This document shows, piece after piece, positions 23,462-35,876 of a stretch of DNA of 64,000 bases (the stretch's first letter is position 1; each line of letters begins with the position of its first letter). The notes under the pieces were generated by a model. The model saw only the letters and a list, made by a program, of their open reading frames with translations. It did not search any database and was not told the DNA's origin. The DNA is taken from assembly GCA_028534125.1 (NCBI GenBank), contig CM052816.1:101246001-101310000 (forward strand), read 5' to 3'. The DNA is from Lama glama. Taxonomy: Eukaryota. Both the position numbers and the translations under genes were made by a program.

Positions 23462-26348
23462 GAGGCGGGGGTCACTGTCCCACTGTGTGTCCCCGCCCCC
23501 AGGCCTGCTCTATGTCCAGGCACCGGGCGCTTCCAGGCGATGCTCTGAGGCTGCTGCTGGTGCTGTGCAGGGCGAGAGTCCTGGGACCACCCTCAGGTTC
23601 AGTGACTCACCAGAAGGTCTCAGCTCAGCAAAATTGAAGTCCTGACTTATGACAGCCGAAGCGCCCAGGTTACAAGCAGCAGGGGGAGGAGACGCAAAGG
23701 CAGGGCCCAGAGGAGGCCAGACGTGAGCTCCCAGTGGTCCTCGTCCATGAAGTCCTGGACGTGACAACACACTCGAGCACTGATGGCCAGGGCACGCGGC
23801 CCGAGCCCTGGAGTGCAGTCACATGGCATGGCTGACTCGAGTCTGCAGCCTGAGGTCCGGCCGACACCACGTGGCCAGGGAAGCAAGGACGCTGTTATCA
23901 GGCCGGACTCGCCAGGGCTTAGAGCCAGGGCGGACGGCCAGACCTTACTCGGGCAGCATTAACCCTCTGCTGTGCTGGCCAAGCGTGGACGTGGGCTGGT
24001 GGCCCGGTGCCTGTGCCTTGCTGGTTTTGGAGAACCAGGCTGCTTGGTGGTGCCACCAGAACCTCACAAAGACGGAGGTGTGGACAGTGCTGGTCAGATT
24101 CATTCAAGTGGGGACAAGGGACAGGCCACCAGGGCTCCCACTCTTCTGGAGGAAAGACACTCAGCTGCACACACGGCGAGGCCTTAAGTCAGCTTTCAAG
24201 GGGCAAATCTCGAGGTCAAAGTAACAGAGACGTGAAAACCGGAGGCCGCCAGCGGAGAGCTGGAAAGCCTCAGCTTGAAGTCAGGCTGGACGTAGACTTC
24301 GAGGGAAGACGTAAAGGAAGAGAAAGCTGAACGGTTAGGACAAGTCAGCCCGCTGGCTGGCACCGGACATCGTGACCGGGAGCTGCCTCAGAACGCGTCC
24401 AGCTGTGAGCAGCCGTAAGTGAGCGGCCTGGGAAGCCCATCGGGGACGGACGGCTACAGCCGGGCGAGGCTCTCGGACGCAGGGTCCCCCCCGACCCCGA
24501 CAGAGCAGCCCGGCCCCTCCCAAGTGGGTTCCACCTCCCTCAGTCAGTTTCATTGCTGTCAGTCACGTGATTGTGCACCAGCTCTGGGGAGGTGCGGCGG
24601 GGTGACGCCCCTGGGGACGGCATCACACGGACGGTTTATTCAGTGAAATGTATCTGTTTAACAAGCAGATTGTCTCCTGTTCCCCAAGTCCTGGGTGGCG
24701 TGTGGAGGGGTCAGAGTGAACGCTTGTGCCCCCCACACTGAACCCCACGAAGAGCTTTCCTGAGCGGCCGGTCTCGCAGTTGGAGACATCTGAAACTCAA
24801 AGTCCGCTGAGCAAGGGCTGCACTCACCCTGCGACACGATACCAAGGGCTGCCTGAACAGTCTAGCTTGAAAGCAGCCCCTCCGAGAGCTCTCCACGAGC
24901 TTAGCACCTTCGAGGCCCGGCCCGAGGTGGGGCGGTCAGTCGGAGAGGCCGGGCTGGGGGACAGTGCTCCGCACGCCCACCCAACCCCGCAGGGGCCCAG
25001 GCGCAGCCGCCCCGGCCGCTCCCTCGGCTGAGTCTCCTCTCTCCCGCCCTGCCCTGCCCCCAGCTCACACCCTAAGCCCCGACCCTCCTTTCTTTCTGCA
25101 AGTGCGACCTCAGCGCGTGGGGCCCTTACTCTGAACGTGCACGCTGCCCGCAGCTCCACGTGGTCTTGCTGGAGGCCACCTCTCCCCACTGACCACTCTG
25201 GTTTGCAGGGCCTCCTCCCCAGAGGGACCCCCGGACCCGCTGCTTCTGCCACGGGGGGGTGCAGCAGCCCCACGCCTTCCCAGGGCCGCGGGTGGACAGG
25301 CAGACTCCAGGGCCCGCGGCCCAGTCCCCAGCTGTCCGTGAAGGGCCCAGCACCCCCAACAACTCCTCAGGTGCCTCCTCCCGCCGCCTTCCTGGCAGAC
25401 CTTCCTGGCCTCCACTACCCAGCCCTTTACACACTGGCAGGGAGGGGGGCCGTGAGGGCCCTGGGGGCCACAGTGGGCCACGCGGGAAGCTCAGGGTGGC
25501 CAGGAGCCCAGCCCCCAGCCCCAGACGCTCCCTGCCTCCAAACCCTCATCTGCGAACTGCCCATCTGGGGCAGGCTGTGGGTTACTGAGCTGGGTCATGT
25601 CTGCCCAGGTCCCCGCACGGGGCCATCAAACGCATTTATTCTCTTTAAACCTTGGGACACGGTCCTGTCCGGGGCCGCTGGGGCTGGCCCTGCGTAGAAG
25701 CAGCCCCCCTGGGACCCGGGCCCCTGCTCCCCGTGTGCACCTGGCGGTGGGTGTTGTCCGCACCTGCAGCAGGTCTGGGAGCCCGCGGTGCCCTATCCTG
25801 CAGCGACCTCCACCCTTGCAGCTGGGTTTCAGTGTAGAAGCCCCAGAGCTTCTGTGCTGGCCCCAGTCAGGGGGGCGATCATAGCCAGAACAGGGCCTAG
25901 GGCCGGAGCTTAGACAAAACGTCAGAGCCCGAGGAAGGGGACAAAGTGACACAGCCACCCTGAACCAGCCTCTTCCTGCCACCAAGAGCTATTTCCATAA
26001 GCTTCTCAGCCTTCAAGAGCTGTTTGGCTCCCCCACGAGTTCCAGAGAAGAGAATCTAGTATTTGTTCAAAAATAGGTTTCCAATATTGACACCAAGTCA
26101 TATTAGAAGCTCTGTGGGAAGGCTTCCCTGGCGTTTTGCAAGATAATAACAGGGCTGTGTGTTCTGAGGCCGAAACCTGTGGTCTCACTGATTCTCCTTC
26201 CGGGAGGCTGGTCATCAATGAGGGGGAGGCCACAGGGGACAGCCAGCACCTCGCAGACGGCAGAGGGGTCCAGAGGCCACCTCCCGAGCCCCTCAGGACA
26301 CAACCCACACCAGCCCAGTTCAGGCAAGGACAGCACACCGCGGCCCCC

Positions 26349-26361
26349 TGTGAGTGTGTGT

Positions 26362-26395
<34 letters not shown>

Positions 26396-26408
26396 TGTGT
26401 GTGTGTGT
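26349..26408. repeat. (TG)n microsatellite, interrupted
   Basis: About 60 nt of TG with three interruptions. Confidence 0.95.
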
Positions 26409-26630
26409 TTGGGGGGGTCCCCTGGGACCAGCGTGGACCCAGCTGGCCAAGAAGCAGAGGGTGTCGAGCTCCCGCGTTGAGTGAGCGCTGCCCACCCCCA
26501 CTGATCTGCACTCCTCCCGGCCTGTGACCTCATGCACCTCCCCGCCAACTCCTCTAAGCCTCAAAACCGCAGATTTTAGTGACACTCCGAGGAGGATTCC
26601 CAGTGGAATGGGAGCAGGGGAGGGAGGGGC

Positions 26631-26870
26631 TGTTACAGGATGAACTGTCTCCTCCAAATTTACACGCTGACTCCTGAACCCCCAGGACCTCAGGGCGTCA
26701 CTGAACTCGGACAGAAGGCCTTTAAGGAGGTAATCAAGCTGGAAGGCTCACCAGGGAGGGCCCTCGTCCAATCTGAGTGGTGCCATCGGAGGAGAGGCGA
26801 TTAGGGCACGGCAGGGACGAAGGGCACGGGATGTGAGGACACAGGAGGGGGCTTCCCGCCTCCAGGACTC
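26631..26870 (+). mobile_element. MLT1A/MST-like MaLR LTR
   Basis: Starts tgttacaggatgaactg; ggcctttaaggaggtaatcaag...gggccctcgtccaatctgagtggtg...gtgaggacacag. Confidence 0.7.
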
Positions 26871-27649
26871 GGACAAGGGACGTCTGATGCTGAAACGTTG
26901 GAGCCACCACAGGAAACCCACGCGGACCTAGTGCCGGGCCCCCCTCACCCCTCCCTCCAGCCCAGCGACACCTCACAGGGCAGCTGTCCAACAAACGATG
27001 GTCCGACGGCCGGCACGACCCAGCGTGGCCAGCTGCCCCTTCATGCTGGCCCAGGCTGCGGGTCTCCAGTCATTCGCTCCTCCCACAGGCGAATCGTCCT
27101 GATTTCTCAAAAGGTCACACTGGGAGAGGTTACACGACTCATCTGAAAGCCGGGCCCAGCGTCTGGGACTGATCGGTCATGGCAACTTCACTCCTCCGCA
27201 ATGATATCTAGAAAGTCAGGGGACTCCCCCGGGGAAGAGGCGCAGAAGCCGGCACCCCGCCTCCACCTCCGAACTGCTCCTGCTGTTTCTCACGTTTGAC
27301 CCCAGTGGCCCCGACACCGCATTCCCCAGCTTCTCTTAAACAGGGCTTCACTTCTGACTGCATCCTGCAGCGCTTGTCCCCACTGCCCTGGGCTGGGTGC
27401 ACTGTGTTCGGGGTGCTCCTTGAGCCCCTGAAACCCCCAAGTGCAGCACAGACGGCGCACAGAGCAAGCACAGACCCCGTGCCGACGGGGCCAGCCAGCT
27501 CTCGTGATCAGAGAAACACCGGTGAGAACTCTACCGCGGCAGAGCCGCACCCCTCAGGCGGGCTGACGCAGGACCCTGGAGGCAGAGCTCACCCTGCTGG
27601 CAGGGCTCCGAGCAGTGGGCCACCCGGGGAAGGACCAGGGTGGTCCCTG

Positions 27650-30530
27650 GGACGGCAGGTGCATTTACCACCTGAATCAACACCACCACTTCCTAGAGTC
27701 TGTTTCAGAGACGCACCGTCAAAAAATATGAGACAATGCATGTCCCAGCTTATGCATTAGAGCCCTGGTTTTAATTACCAGAGGCTGGAAACCACCCAGT
27801 CGTCTATCAATATGGAGGTCGTTGAATAAACTGTGGTACATCCGCAAAACGGACAACGTGCAGCCGTAAAGAGATATAAAAAACACCTCTACTTACTGTA
27901 TGGTGTTCTCTCCAAGGCATAGGGGAAAAAAGAATTTTAAAAACCCACTGGAAATTCCAGAGACAAAAAATATAACACCCAAAATGAGAAATTCCAGACT
28001 GAGCTTAACAGCGGTTTAGAACTTGCAAGAAAGCATCAGTGGCTTAAACACGGAGATGCAGAAAGCGCTCAGGCCCAGCACAAGATGGGACAGACGCTGA
28101 AAACCTGACAGAGCCTCGGTGGCGCTGGGGCCGCAGGCTGCTGACACACACGCCCCAAGAGGAAGCAGACAGGAAGTGCCGAAGAAATCTTGGCTGCGGC
28201 GTTCCTAAATCTGATGGAACCCACAAATTGAGTAAGTTCGATAAGCCACAAGCAGGACGAAGGGAAAGCATGACAGCAAACTGCCAAACACCAGTGACTT
28301 TTCCAAAAATGCTAAAAGCAGCCAGAGGAAGGACACACACGATGTGCAGCGAAGCAGAGACGCGGGCGGCACAGGTGCTGAGTCTCACCAGAGACGGCGC
28401 GAGGAGGACGGTAGGACAGCACCCTTAACATTCAGCTGGAAGAAAAACTGCCCATCGACCTGGAATCCTACACTTGGTGAAAAATATCTTTCAAAAAAGA
28501 GAGGGCAAATTAAACTCATTTCCATACCCGCATGGCTGGCAGGACTCACCACCAGCAGACCTGCAAACAAGAAACGCTCACAGAGGTTATTGGGGCTCAA
28601 GGAGTAAACACCAGCCAGGAGCCAGGGCGGGCGCGCACAAAGGAGCTGAGACAGCAGGGGGGGGGGTGTGGGGAAGTTAAACATGCCTTTGCTCATTTTC
28701 AATTGACTTACGAGCTAACCGACTGCTCAAAGCAAAAATGACAGTGGAGTTGACGGCACACCTGGAAGTGAAAAGTATGACCAGTAAGCAAGAAACAGGA
28801 GAGCAGAAGTGAGACTTCACGACCTGAAGCTGTCGCAGCCCACGTGAAGAGCTGCAGTAAGGCCTGAAGGCAGACCGTCTCAAGGTAAAGCAGCATACTG
28901 ACAACTGTCCAGCAGGAAAACCACTGAACATAACAGAACAAGGCCTGGCTGAGAGGCCAACAAAGAAGGGACACTTCAACCCTTAAAGTACAAAAATAAT
29001 AAGAAGAAAAGAGGGCAGAAAAATAGGGAAAGGAACAAAGAACTGACGGGACAAACAGAAACCACGCTGATAATGACATCAACTTGAAACGATGTAACAC
29101 CCAAGCTGAACGGCAGCGACTGTCAACCAGAATTTTTTTAAGAGGAGAAACTAACTGTAAACTGCCTACAAGAGACACGTTTCAAACATAAAGACACAGA
29201 GGGCGTGGATGTGAAAGAGGAGGGCGTGGGAGGCACTGGAAAGGGAAAGTTGAAGTAGTTACGTCACTTTGAGACAAAGCAGACTTCAGAACAAAGGAAT
29301 AAAGGACAGTTCAAAACAACAAAACGGGCAACTCACCAAGCAGACATAACACCCTAAACCAGCACACACTAAGTAACAGAGCTTCAAAACCCATAAGGCA
29401 AAAACTGGCAGAAACGCGGGGAACACAAAGCTCTCCTCGTAACACTGACTCACTGGGTATCGTAAGCAGTTGACCCTTTTCCGCTTTGAGAGACAATTAA
29501 GAAGAAAACACAAGCAATGCATTGGGAGGAAGTATTCACAAAACATATTTCTTCCAAAATACTCACACCCAGCATATATAGTGAACTCTCACAGCCTGAT
29601 AACATGGTGGTACACAGCCCCGAACTTCCCCTGGGCGACAGATTTGGAAAGATATTTCATAAAAGAAGATACATGTGTGTAATTCTTCTAATTTCTACGA
29701 TAATCACAATCTGACACTCAGTTGTTTTCCAGTGCTTTTATTTATTTATTTAAACATTTTTTATTGATTTATAATCATTTTACAATGTTGTGTCAAATTC
29801 CAGTGCTTTTATAGTGTAAATATTCTTCCTCCTCAAATGTATTATAATCATTAACGAAAACTGCAAACAAAAAAAAAATAAGATATACGAATGACCAATA
29901 AGCACACAGAAATGCTCACCATCATTAGGAATCAGAAGGATGCAAATTAAAACCACAGTGGGATATCACTGTGGACCTACTCCAAGGAATACACTTCAAA
30001 AGACATAAAACATAATTTTGGTTTTAAAGCAACTGAAACTCTCAAAACTTGTTGGCAGCAATGCTAAAATGGTACAATTACATTGGAGAATTGTTCGGCA
30101 ACCTCCCTGATGTCCATCCACGGGTGAATGGTTAACCAAACTGTGGTACATACACACCAAGGAATTCTACTCAGCAACGGAAAGGTACAAACTCCCGATT
30201 AACGCAACGACAGTGATGGATTCCACACACACCATGCTCAGTAAAGAAGTCAGGCACAAAAGACTGAATGATTCCATGTACGGAAAATTCTGGAACAGAC
30301 TCAGCTGATCATGGGGACCGAAAACAGACCAGTGCTGCCTGGGGGCTGGGCAGGGAGCGGGTGCTGACAGCAAAGAGGCCAGATGGAGCTTTTGAAGGGA
30401 TGCAAATGTTCTCTGTCCTGTTGTAGTAGGGGTTATCTGGGTGAAGACATTTGTCAAAACTCACAGAAATACACACTTAGAATGGGTTTTCTTTATGCAA
30501 ATTATACATCAGTAACTTTGGTTTAAACGG
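27650..30530 (+). mobile_element. Composite of old LINE-1 fragments (ORF2 3' piece, ORF1, ORF2 EN, ORF2 3' end and 3'UTR)
   Basis: A-rich block with L1 hallmarks: aaactgtggtacat, agacaaagcagacttcagaacaa, atgcaaattaaaaccacagtg, ttgtcaaaactcacaga. Confidence 0.8.
29742..29797 (-). mobile_element. Young, severely 5'-truncated L1 3' end with 15-bp target-site duplication
   Basis: Reverse complement tttgacacaacattgtaaaatgattataaatcaataaaaaatgtttaaataaataa; flanked by exact TTCCAGTGCTTTTAT at 29727-29741 and 29798-29812. Confidence 0.85.
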
Positions 30531-32049
30531 GGGACGGCCAGAACTTACCACCAGGATATCTTTTTAAATGAATATAAAATGACCACTCACAGAATCACCA
30601 CCCCCATATCCTCTGCAAGTATCACATGAGTCCAGGGAGAACCGAGGTTGTCTCTCCTCACTGAGGGCGCCGCCCTGCCCCTGGCAGCCCAGGTCTGTGG
30701 CGCTCATTCAGAGCTGCCAAGAGTTAGTCAACCCCAGAGGTGGTGGCGAGCTCTTGGGGCCAGAATATAAGGTAAAAAACATGGGATCATACCAAGAGTC
30801 CTCTTGGCTTGGGGCTCACCATGAAAGAAGGAAAGAAAAGGGAGGGGGCAGGTGAAGATGGGCTCCCTGGACCCTGGACTGCAGCAGCTTCCCCTTTCTT
30901 TAGCCCCCCCCCCATGAGGAAAGGGTGCAGAGCATGGGGCTCTGTGACAAATCTATGTGAGCACGTGAGTTTTGACCTCACACAGCGCCGGAGGGCTGAC
31001 GTTCCAGGGGCCCTGAGAATCAGCCGCAGCCTCTCTCTGGAGAATGACCAGCATTCGAGGGGCCCTAACCAGACCGCCACTCAACAGGGAAGCTCTCTAA
31101 ATACCACCTTACACACCAGCACCAGGAGAGCTGCTGAGAAACGTGAAAGATGTTACGAGTAGCTTTCCAACAGCTGAGTGTTTCTCGCGGGTGGGAAAGA
31201 AAATCCCAAGGGAGCCGCGTCCTCACGTGCAGGACCAGGCGTGGACCCTCGGTGTGACCCGGAGTGCGGAAGCTGGGTAGGCCACAAGCCCCGCCCCCCA
31301 TCAAGGCCGGGTCAGTTCCCAGCTGCACAAACAGCAGGGCTGCCAGCTCTGCGAGACGGCTCTCGTCCCTGCACGCCGGTAACTAGCCGCACCTGGGACA
31401 CAAGTCTCACAGGACCCAAACCGGGCCGGAGAGGCCGGGAGAGTGATACGAAGCTGCACCCCAGAGCCCCTTCCTGAGGCCCAGCCGCATCCTGGCTTTG
31501 GGATGCCATGGGACTCCCCCCCCACCCCGCCCTGGGTCTCCTCTTGTGCTTACGCAGTGGGGTTGGTCTTTGTTCCTCACAGACTAAGAGGCATACAGAG
31601 TTCCCTCCGCTGCGCAGAGAAGTGAGCAAAGCCGCGGAGTATGGCGCCGGCTGACCCTGCAGGGCAGGAGCACAGGGCATGGCGGCCTAGGGGCAAAAGG
31701 CTGGTCAGCCTGCAGAGGTGGGTGGACTTTACCCTCAGTAACAGGAGTCAGAAAAGGGTTTGCAATGAGGGCAGGTGTGCTCCATGGGGCGCAGGTGGAG
31801 ACGGGGTGCAGCTACACGTCATTCCAGTGGCTGAAGCCAGCAGGGCCACATGCAGCGTCTACAGGCGAGAGTGAGCAGATGAGGGTGGAAGAGGCAGGGG
31901 AGAGCCCGCTCCCCGGCCAGGCCTCCGTCCCTCGGCTGTCTCTGCCGCAGCAGTCACGCCCCCATCTCCGAAAATCCTGAGCAACTTTCTAGGCCTTTAA
32001 CAGCACCCAGGCTTTCTGTAAACGCCTCGCAACGCTTCTGGCTGAGTCA

Positions 32050-32900
32050 GCAGAGGCGAGACCCCCCCCCCCGCCCCGACGTACACGAGGGCGGGGCGTT
32101 CTCCAGCGCAGGGCCGGCCAGCGGGCACGGCGGCCCCAGGCAATCGAGGGCCCTGATTCTACCGACTCTTCGATGGAAACAGGAAGAGCGGGTGGGGGCG
32201 GCGGCTGGGGGGCCCGGCGCTCTGGGGGCAGCCCGGCCTCCCGACACCCGCCTTCAAGACACGCGCCGACGCCCCCCAGGACCGGCCGAAGCCCGAACAC
32301 GCGGGCGCCGCAGGGCATGCCGGGAGGGCGGCGCGGGAGGGTGACGTAACACCACGCCCCTGACGTAGCGTGCGTGCGCGGCGGCGGCTGGACTACGCTT
32401 CCCAGGGGGCCGCGCGGCGCGCCCACTTCCGGCGGACGGTGCAGGGCCCGGAAGCGGCGCGGGCGGCGAATCCCGGGGCGACAGGTCGGCGGCGGCGACA
32501 GGAGTATGCGGGGCGGCGGGCAGCCCGCGGCGCGCGGCGGGTTCGTTCCCCGGAGGTGGCGGCGACGCGCGGCGGCTCTCGCGTGAGCGGCGGCGGCGGC
32601 GGCCGGAGCGTGCGGGCGGGCGGCGGGGCCCTCGGCAGTGAGGTGGGCCCGGCCCGGCGGCGGCGCCATGTGGAGCGGCCGCAGCTCCTTCACCAGCCTG
32701 GTCGTGGGCGTGTTCGTGGTGTACGTGGTGCACACCTGCTGGGTCATGTATGGCATCGTCTACACCCGCCCGTGCGCCGGCGGCGGCAACTGCATCCTGC
32801 CCTACCTGGCGCGGAGGCCCAAGCTGCAGGTGAGCGCAGGCTCCTCCCACTTGAGCTCTGACCTCTGACTTCGGGGCGAGGTCAGGGGCCAGGCCCTTCG
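32050..32900 (+). promoter_or_regulatory. CLPTM1L: CLPTM1L CpG-island promoter
   Basis: Dense CpG; CRE-like TGACGTAA 32342 and TGACGTAG 32361; NRF1-like TGCGTGCGC 32371; ZNF143/THAP11-like ACTACGCTTCCCAG 32392; ETS/GABP sites CACTTCCGG 32424 and CCGGAAG 32448; no TATA box. Confidence 0.9.
32668..32829 (+). CDS. CLPTM1L: CLPTM1-like (ER lipid scramblase) exon 1
   Basis: gccATG; MWSGRSSFTSLVVGVFVVYVVHTCWVMYGIVYTRPC...RPKLQ; donor GTGAGC. Confidence 0.97.
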
Positions 32901-33216
32901 CACCTGAACCGGACCCGGACTCCACACCCCGTGTCCTAAAGACCCTTCCCGCACGCGGGCCCCTGGGCCCGTCTTCACCCCGTCTTAAGACGCCCAGAGT
33001 CGGTGTACCCCTGCCCGGCTGATGAAGCGGGTCAGACACTGTAGCACAGTGTCCCTTGCAGCAGGGACGTCCGCTCCGCCATCCTGTCACAGGTGGGAGT
33101 TAAGGTGCACCTTCCCCCGTGGTAGCTGGTGCGTGTCCCTCCCTCCAGTCGCTGTTTGCCGCGTGTGCTTTCCGCCAGGGGTCTTGCCCAGCTGACTTTC
33201 TTGGCGTCCCTTCCAG

Positions 33217-33317
33217 CTCAGCGTGTACACCACCACGCGGTCCAACCTGGGTGCAGAGAACAACGTGGATCTGGTCTTGAACGTGGAGGACTTTGACGTG
33301 CAGTCCAAATTTGAAAG
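33217..33317 (+). CDS. CLPTM1L: CLPTM1L exon 2
   Basis: 101 nt; LSVYTTTRSNLGAENNVDLVLNVEDFDVQSKFER; AG/GT. Confidence 0.96.
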
Positions 33318-34199
33318 GTATGGATGTGGACTGAGTGACGGGAAAACGTCATTATCGTTGAGATGGTGGAAAAGTCAGCATTCTGCATGTGAGGGGTGAC
33401 CTCAGAGAAGCAGTGTCACCTGCCATCTCCTGCTTTACCTGCAGATGTGTGTGGTACACAAACAGTCGGACTTTGGTTTCACTTGAAAGTGGCAGGTGCC
33501 GTTTATCATCTAGGAAGTGGATTACGGCAGCCGACGCTGATGGCCGGGATCAGCGCAGCCATGGGGGTTTCCAGAGGAGCAGGTGCTGTGGCGGGGATGA
33601 AGTTGGGGACAGACCTTGTACAGTTTCCCGCAGCAAACAGCTTGTCTTCCTGGTGCAAGTGGCTCAGTTGGGCCTCCTGTCAGGGAAGGAGAAGGGATGG
33701 AGGAAAGAATTTAGCAGAAAATCGTAATGAAGTGAAATATTGTATAACAACGGACCAAGCAGTGTTTAAGTGTTCAGATGCATAAAGTGAGTTCTTAAAG
33801 TTGCATTTAACCTACGGTTCTCGTGTTTTGAATTTCAGCGAGGTAATTTTTAAAATGGTTAAAAATGATGTGCTTGTCAAGAGTGTACGTCTTTGGGCGG
33901 CAGTGCAGCAGGCAGAGGGCACTCGGGCTTGGAGTTGGCCTGGTTAGCCTGGGCATGCAGTGAGTTCTGACTCCCGAGCCTGGGAAACGGGGCAGGAAGT
34001 GCAGGACTTTCAGAACGTTTCGTAAATGTCCAAGGTTAGGATTTCAGTGGTGTCTAGGCAGGTGGGTTTCATTTTTAGTACTTTCAGCAAAAATTAGTTG
34101 TGCAGTTTCAGACGTTATTTATAAGGGTACTTGAGTGGTCTCCACCGTGTGTGTACGCAGAACGTAAAATGTAGGTGGTTGAATTGTCATTTGTTTCAG

Positions 34200-34389
34200 G
34201 ACAGTTAATGTTTCTGTGCCAAAGAAAACCAGAAATAACGGGACGCTGTATGCCTACATCTTCCTCCACCATGCGGGCATTCTCCCGTGGCAGGATGGGA
34301 AGCAGGTGCACCTGGTGAGCCCTCTGACCACCTACATGGTCCCCAAACCAGAAGAGGTCAATCTGCTCACTGGGGAGTCTGCTACTCAG
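34200..34389 (+). CDS. CLPTM1L: CLPTM1L exon 3
   Basis: 190 nt; TVNVSVPKKTRNNGTLYAYIFLHH...GESATQ; AG/GT. Confidence 0.96.
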
Positions 34390-35730
34390 GTGGGTATCTC
34401 CATCAGGTTACCTACCAGCTGAACGAAGCTGCTCACCCTCCCTGGAGTTCTCGCACGCGTGTCTGCATGTGCAGTTTGCAGCTGGGGCTGGACTGCTAGA
34501 AAGGAAAGCCGTCTGACGTTATTGGTGTGCAAACCTCTCAGCTCAACGATTCCTCATTGTTTTGGAGATAAATTTTACATCAAATTAGTGACATGCAGTT
34601 TAAGGAGTTCAGTGACTTCCTTTACCCAGGTTCCTTCTCAGGCCCCAGAGAGTGTGTGTGTCCCCGGGGGTTCGGGACAGCCTCTTCTGTGGAGCTCAGC
34701 TGCAGTCAAAAACCTTTCCTCTGTCCCTTCTCCTTGCGAGATGGTACACTGTGTATAGGACAGGACAGCGTGTGAATGTTTATTCTGAGGGTATAACTCA
34801 GAACTATGGAAGAGGCATATGTACAAATTATTTCTCATGCACACACACAAGCTCTGTACAAAGAAGGGTGGGAGGCTATGTAAGCGATCGTTAGCAGAGT
34901 GGAGTGTGAAGCAGGAATCCTGGTGTTGGGGCCTGTGTTGAGTGGGAGACGAGGTCATCACAGAGAGAGATGGCAGCAGCGCTCCAGGAAGTGTCTGTGG
35001 AGCTGCCTCATGCTGTGCGCCCTTGGAAAGACCCCTTGTTCCCTTTTCGGGGCCCACGTGACGCTTCATCCCGGGGGCCTTCCTGGAGAGTCAGTGAGGC
35101 GGCGGGCGTGGAGGGTATGAAGGAGTCTGTGACACATATGGGGCTGAGTATACATTAGTTGTCTCTGTTCCTCAGAAAGCCACCTTTTTTGTAAGTCATT
35201 GTAGCTGAACTGTAGGTTTAGGTAGGAGATAAATAAAGTGATAGTGCTTCATAGGACTTATCAATTCCATCTGAAATAAAGGTTTCCTGCACATCAGACT
35301 GTTTCTGAATGTAGTGATGTTTAGGGCTGACATCCAGTCGTGGACACATCCCCCTCCAGGCAGCTGGACGTAGCTGGTTTAGAAGCATCTCCCACTCAGG
35401 CTCCTCGCACACCACAGGCCTCTTAGCTCCAGATTTCCTGCCCCTCCCCCTGCTGGCCCAGGGACTTGTCCTTCTCAGGTCCCTACTCAGAATGAGGACC
35501 CAGACCAGGAGTTGGGAGATACATGTGACAAAAGTTTCACTTCAGCTTCTGCTGAGGGCTGTAGGAGTCCAGGAGCTGGCAGCTGAGGGTCCCCGCTGCT
35601 TCCGCGCTGGTCGGGCATCCTGGCTCGGGGGCTGTTCCAGGGGAGGTGCTGGCCGCCTTGCTGCCCGAGCCGCCCTGCCTCCGCCCTGCGCCCTGGGCCC
35701 CTCCTGCTAAGTCACCCTTTTATTAAGCAG

Positions 35731-35876
35731 CAGATCGAAGCTGAGAAGAAGCCGACAAGTGCCCTGGATGAGCCCGTTTCTCACTGGAGACCAAGGCTGA
35801 CCCTGAACGTGATGGTGGATGATTTTGTTTTTGACGGCGCCTCCCTGCCTGCCGACGTGCATCGATACATGAAGAT
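35731..35876 (+). CDS. CLPTM1L: CLPTM1L exon 4
   Basis: 146 nt; QIEAEKKPTSALDEPVSHWRPRL...HRYMKM; tandem acceptor makes the start uncertain by 3 nt; donor GTAAGT. Confidence 0.93.

Noticed and set aside
31117-31137. REST/NRSE-like CAGCACCAGGAGAGC
   Set aside because: Half-site spacing is one base short and the right half is degenerate.
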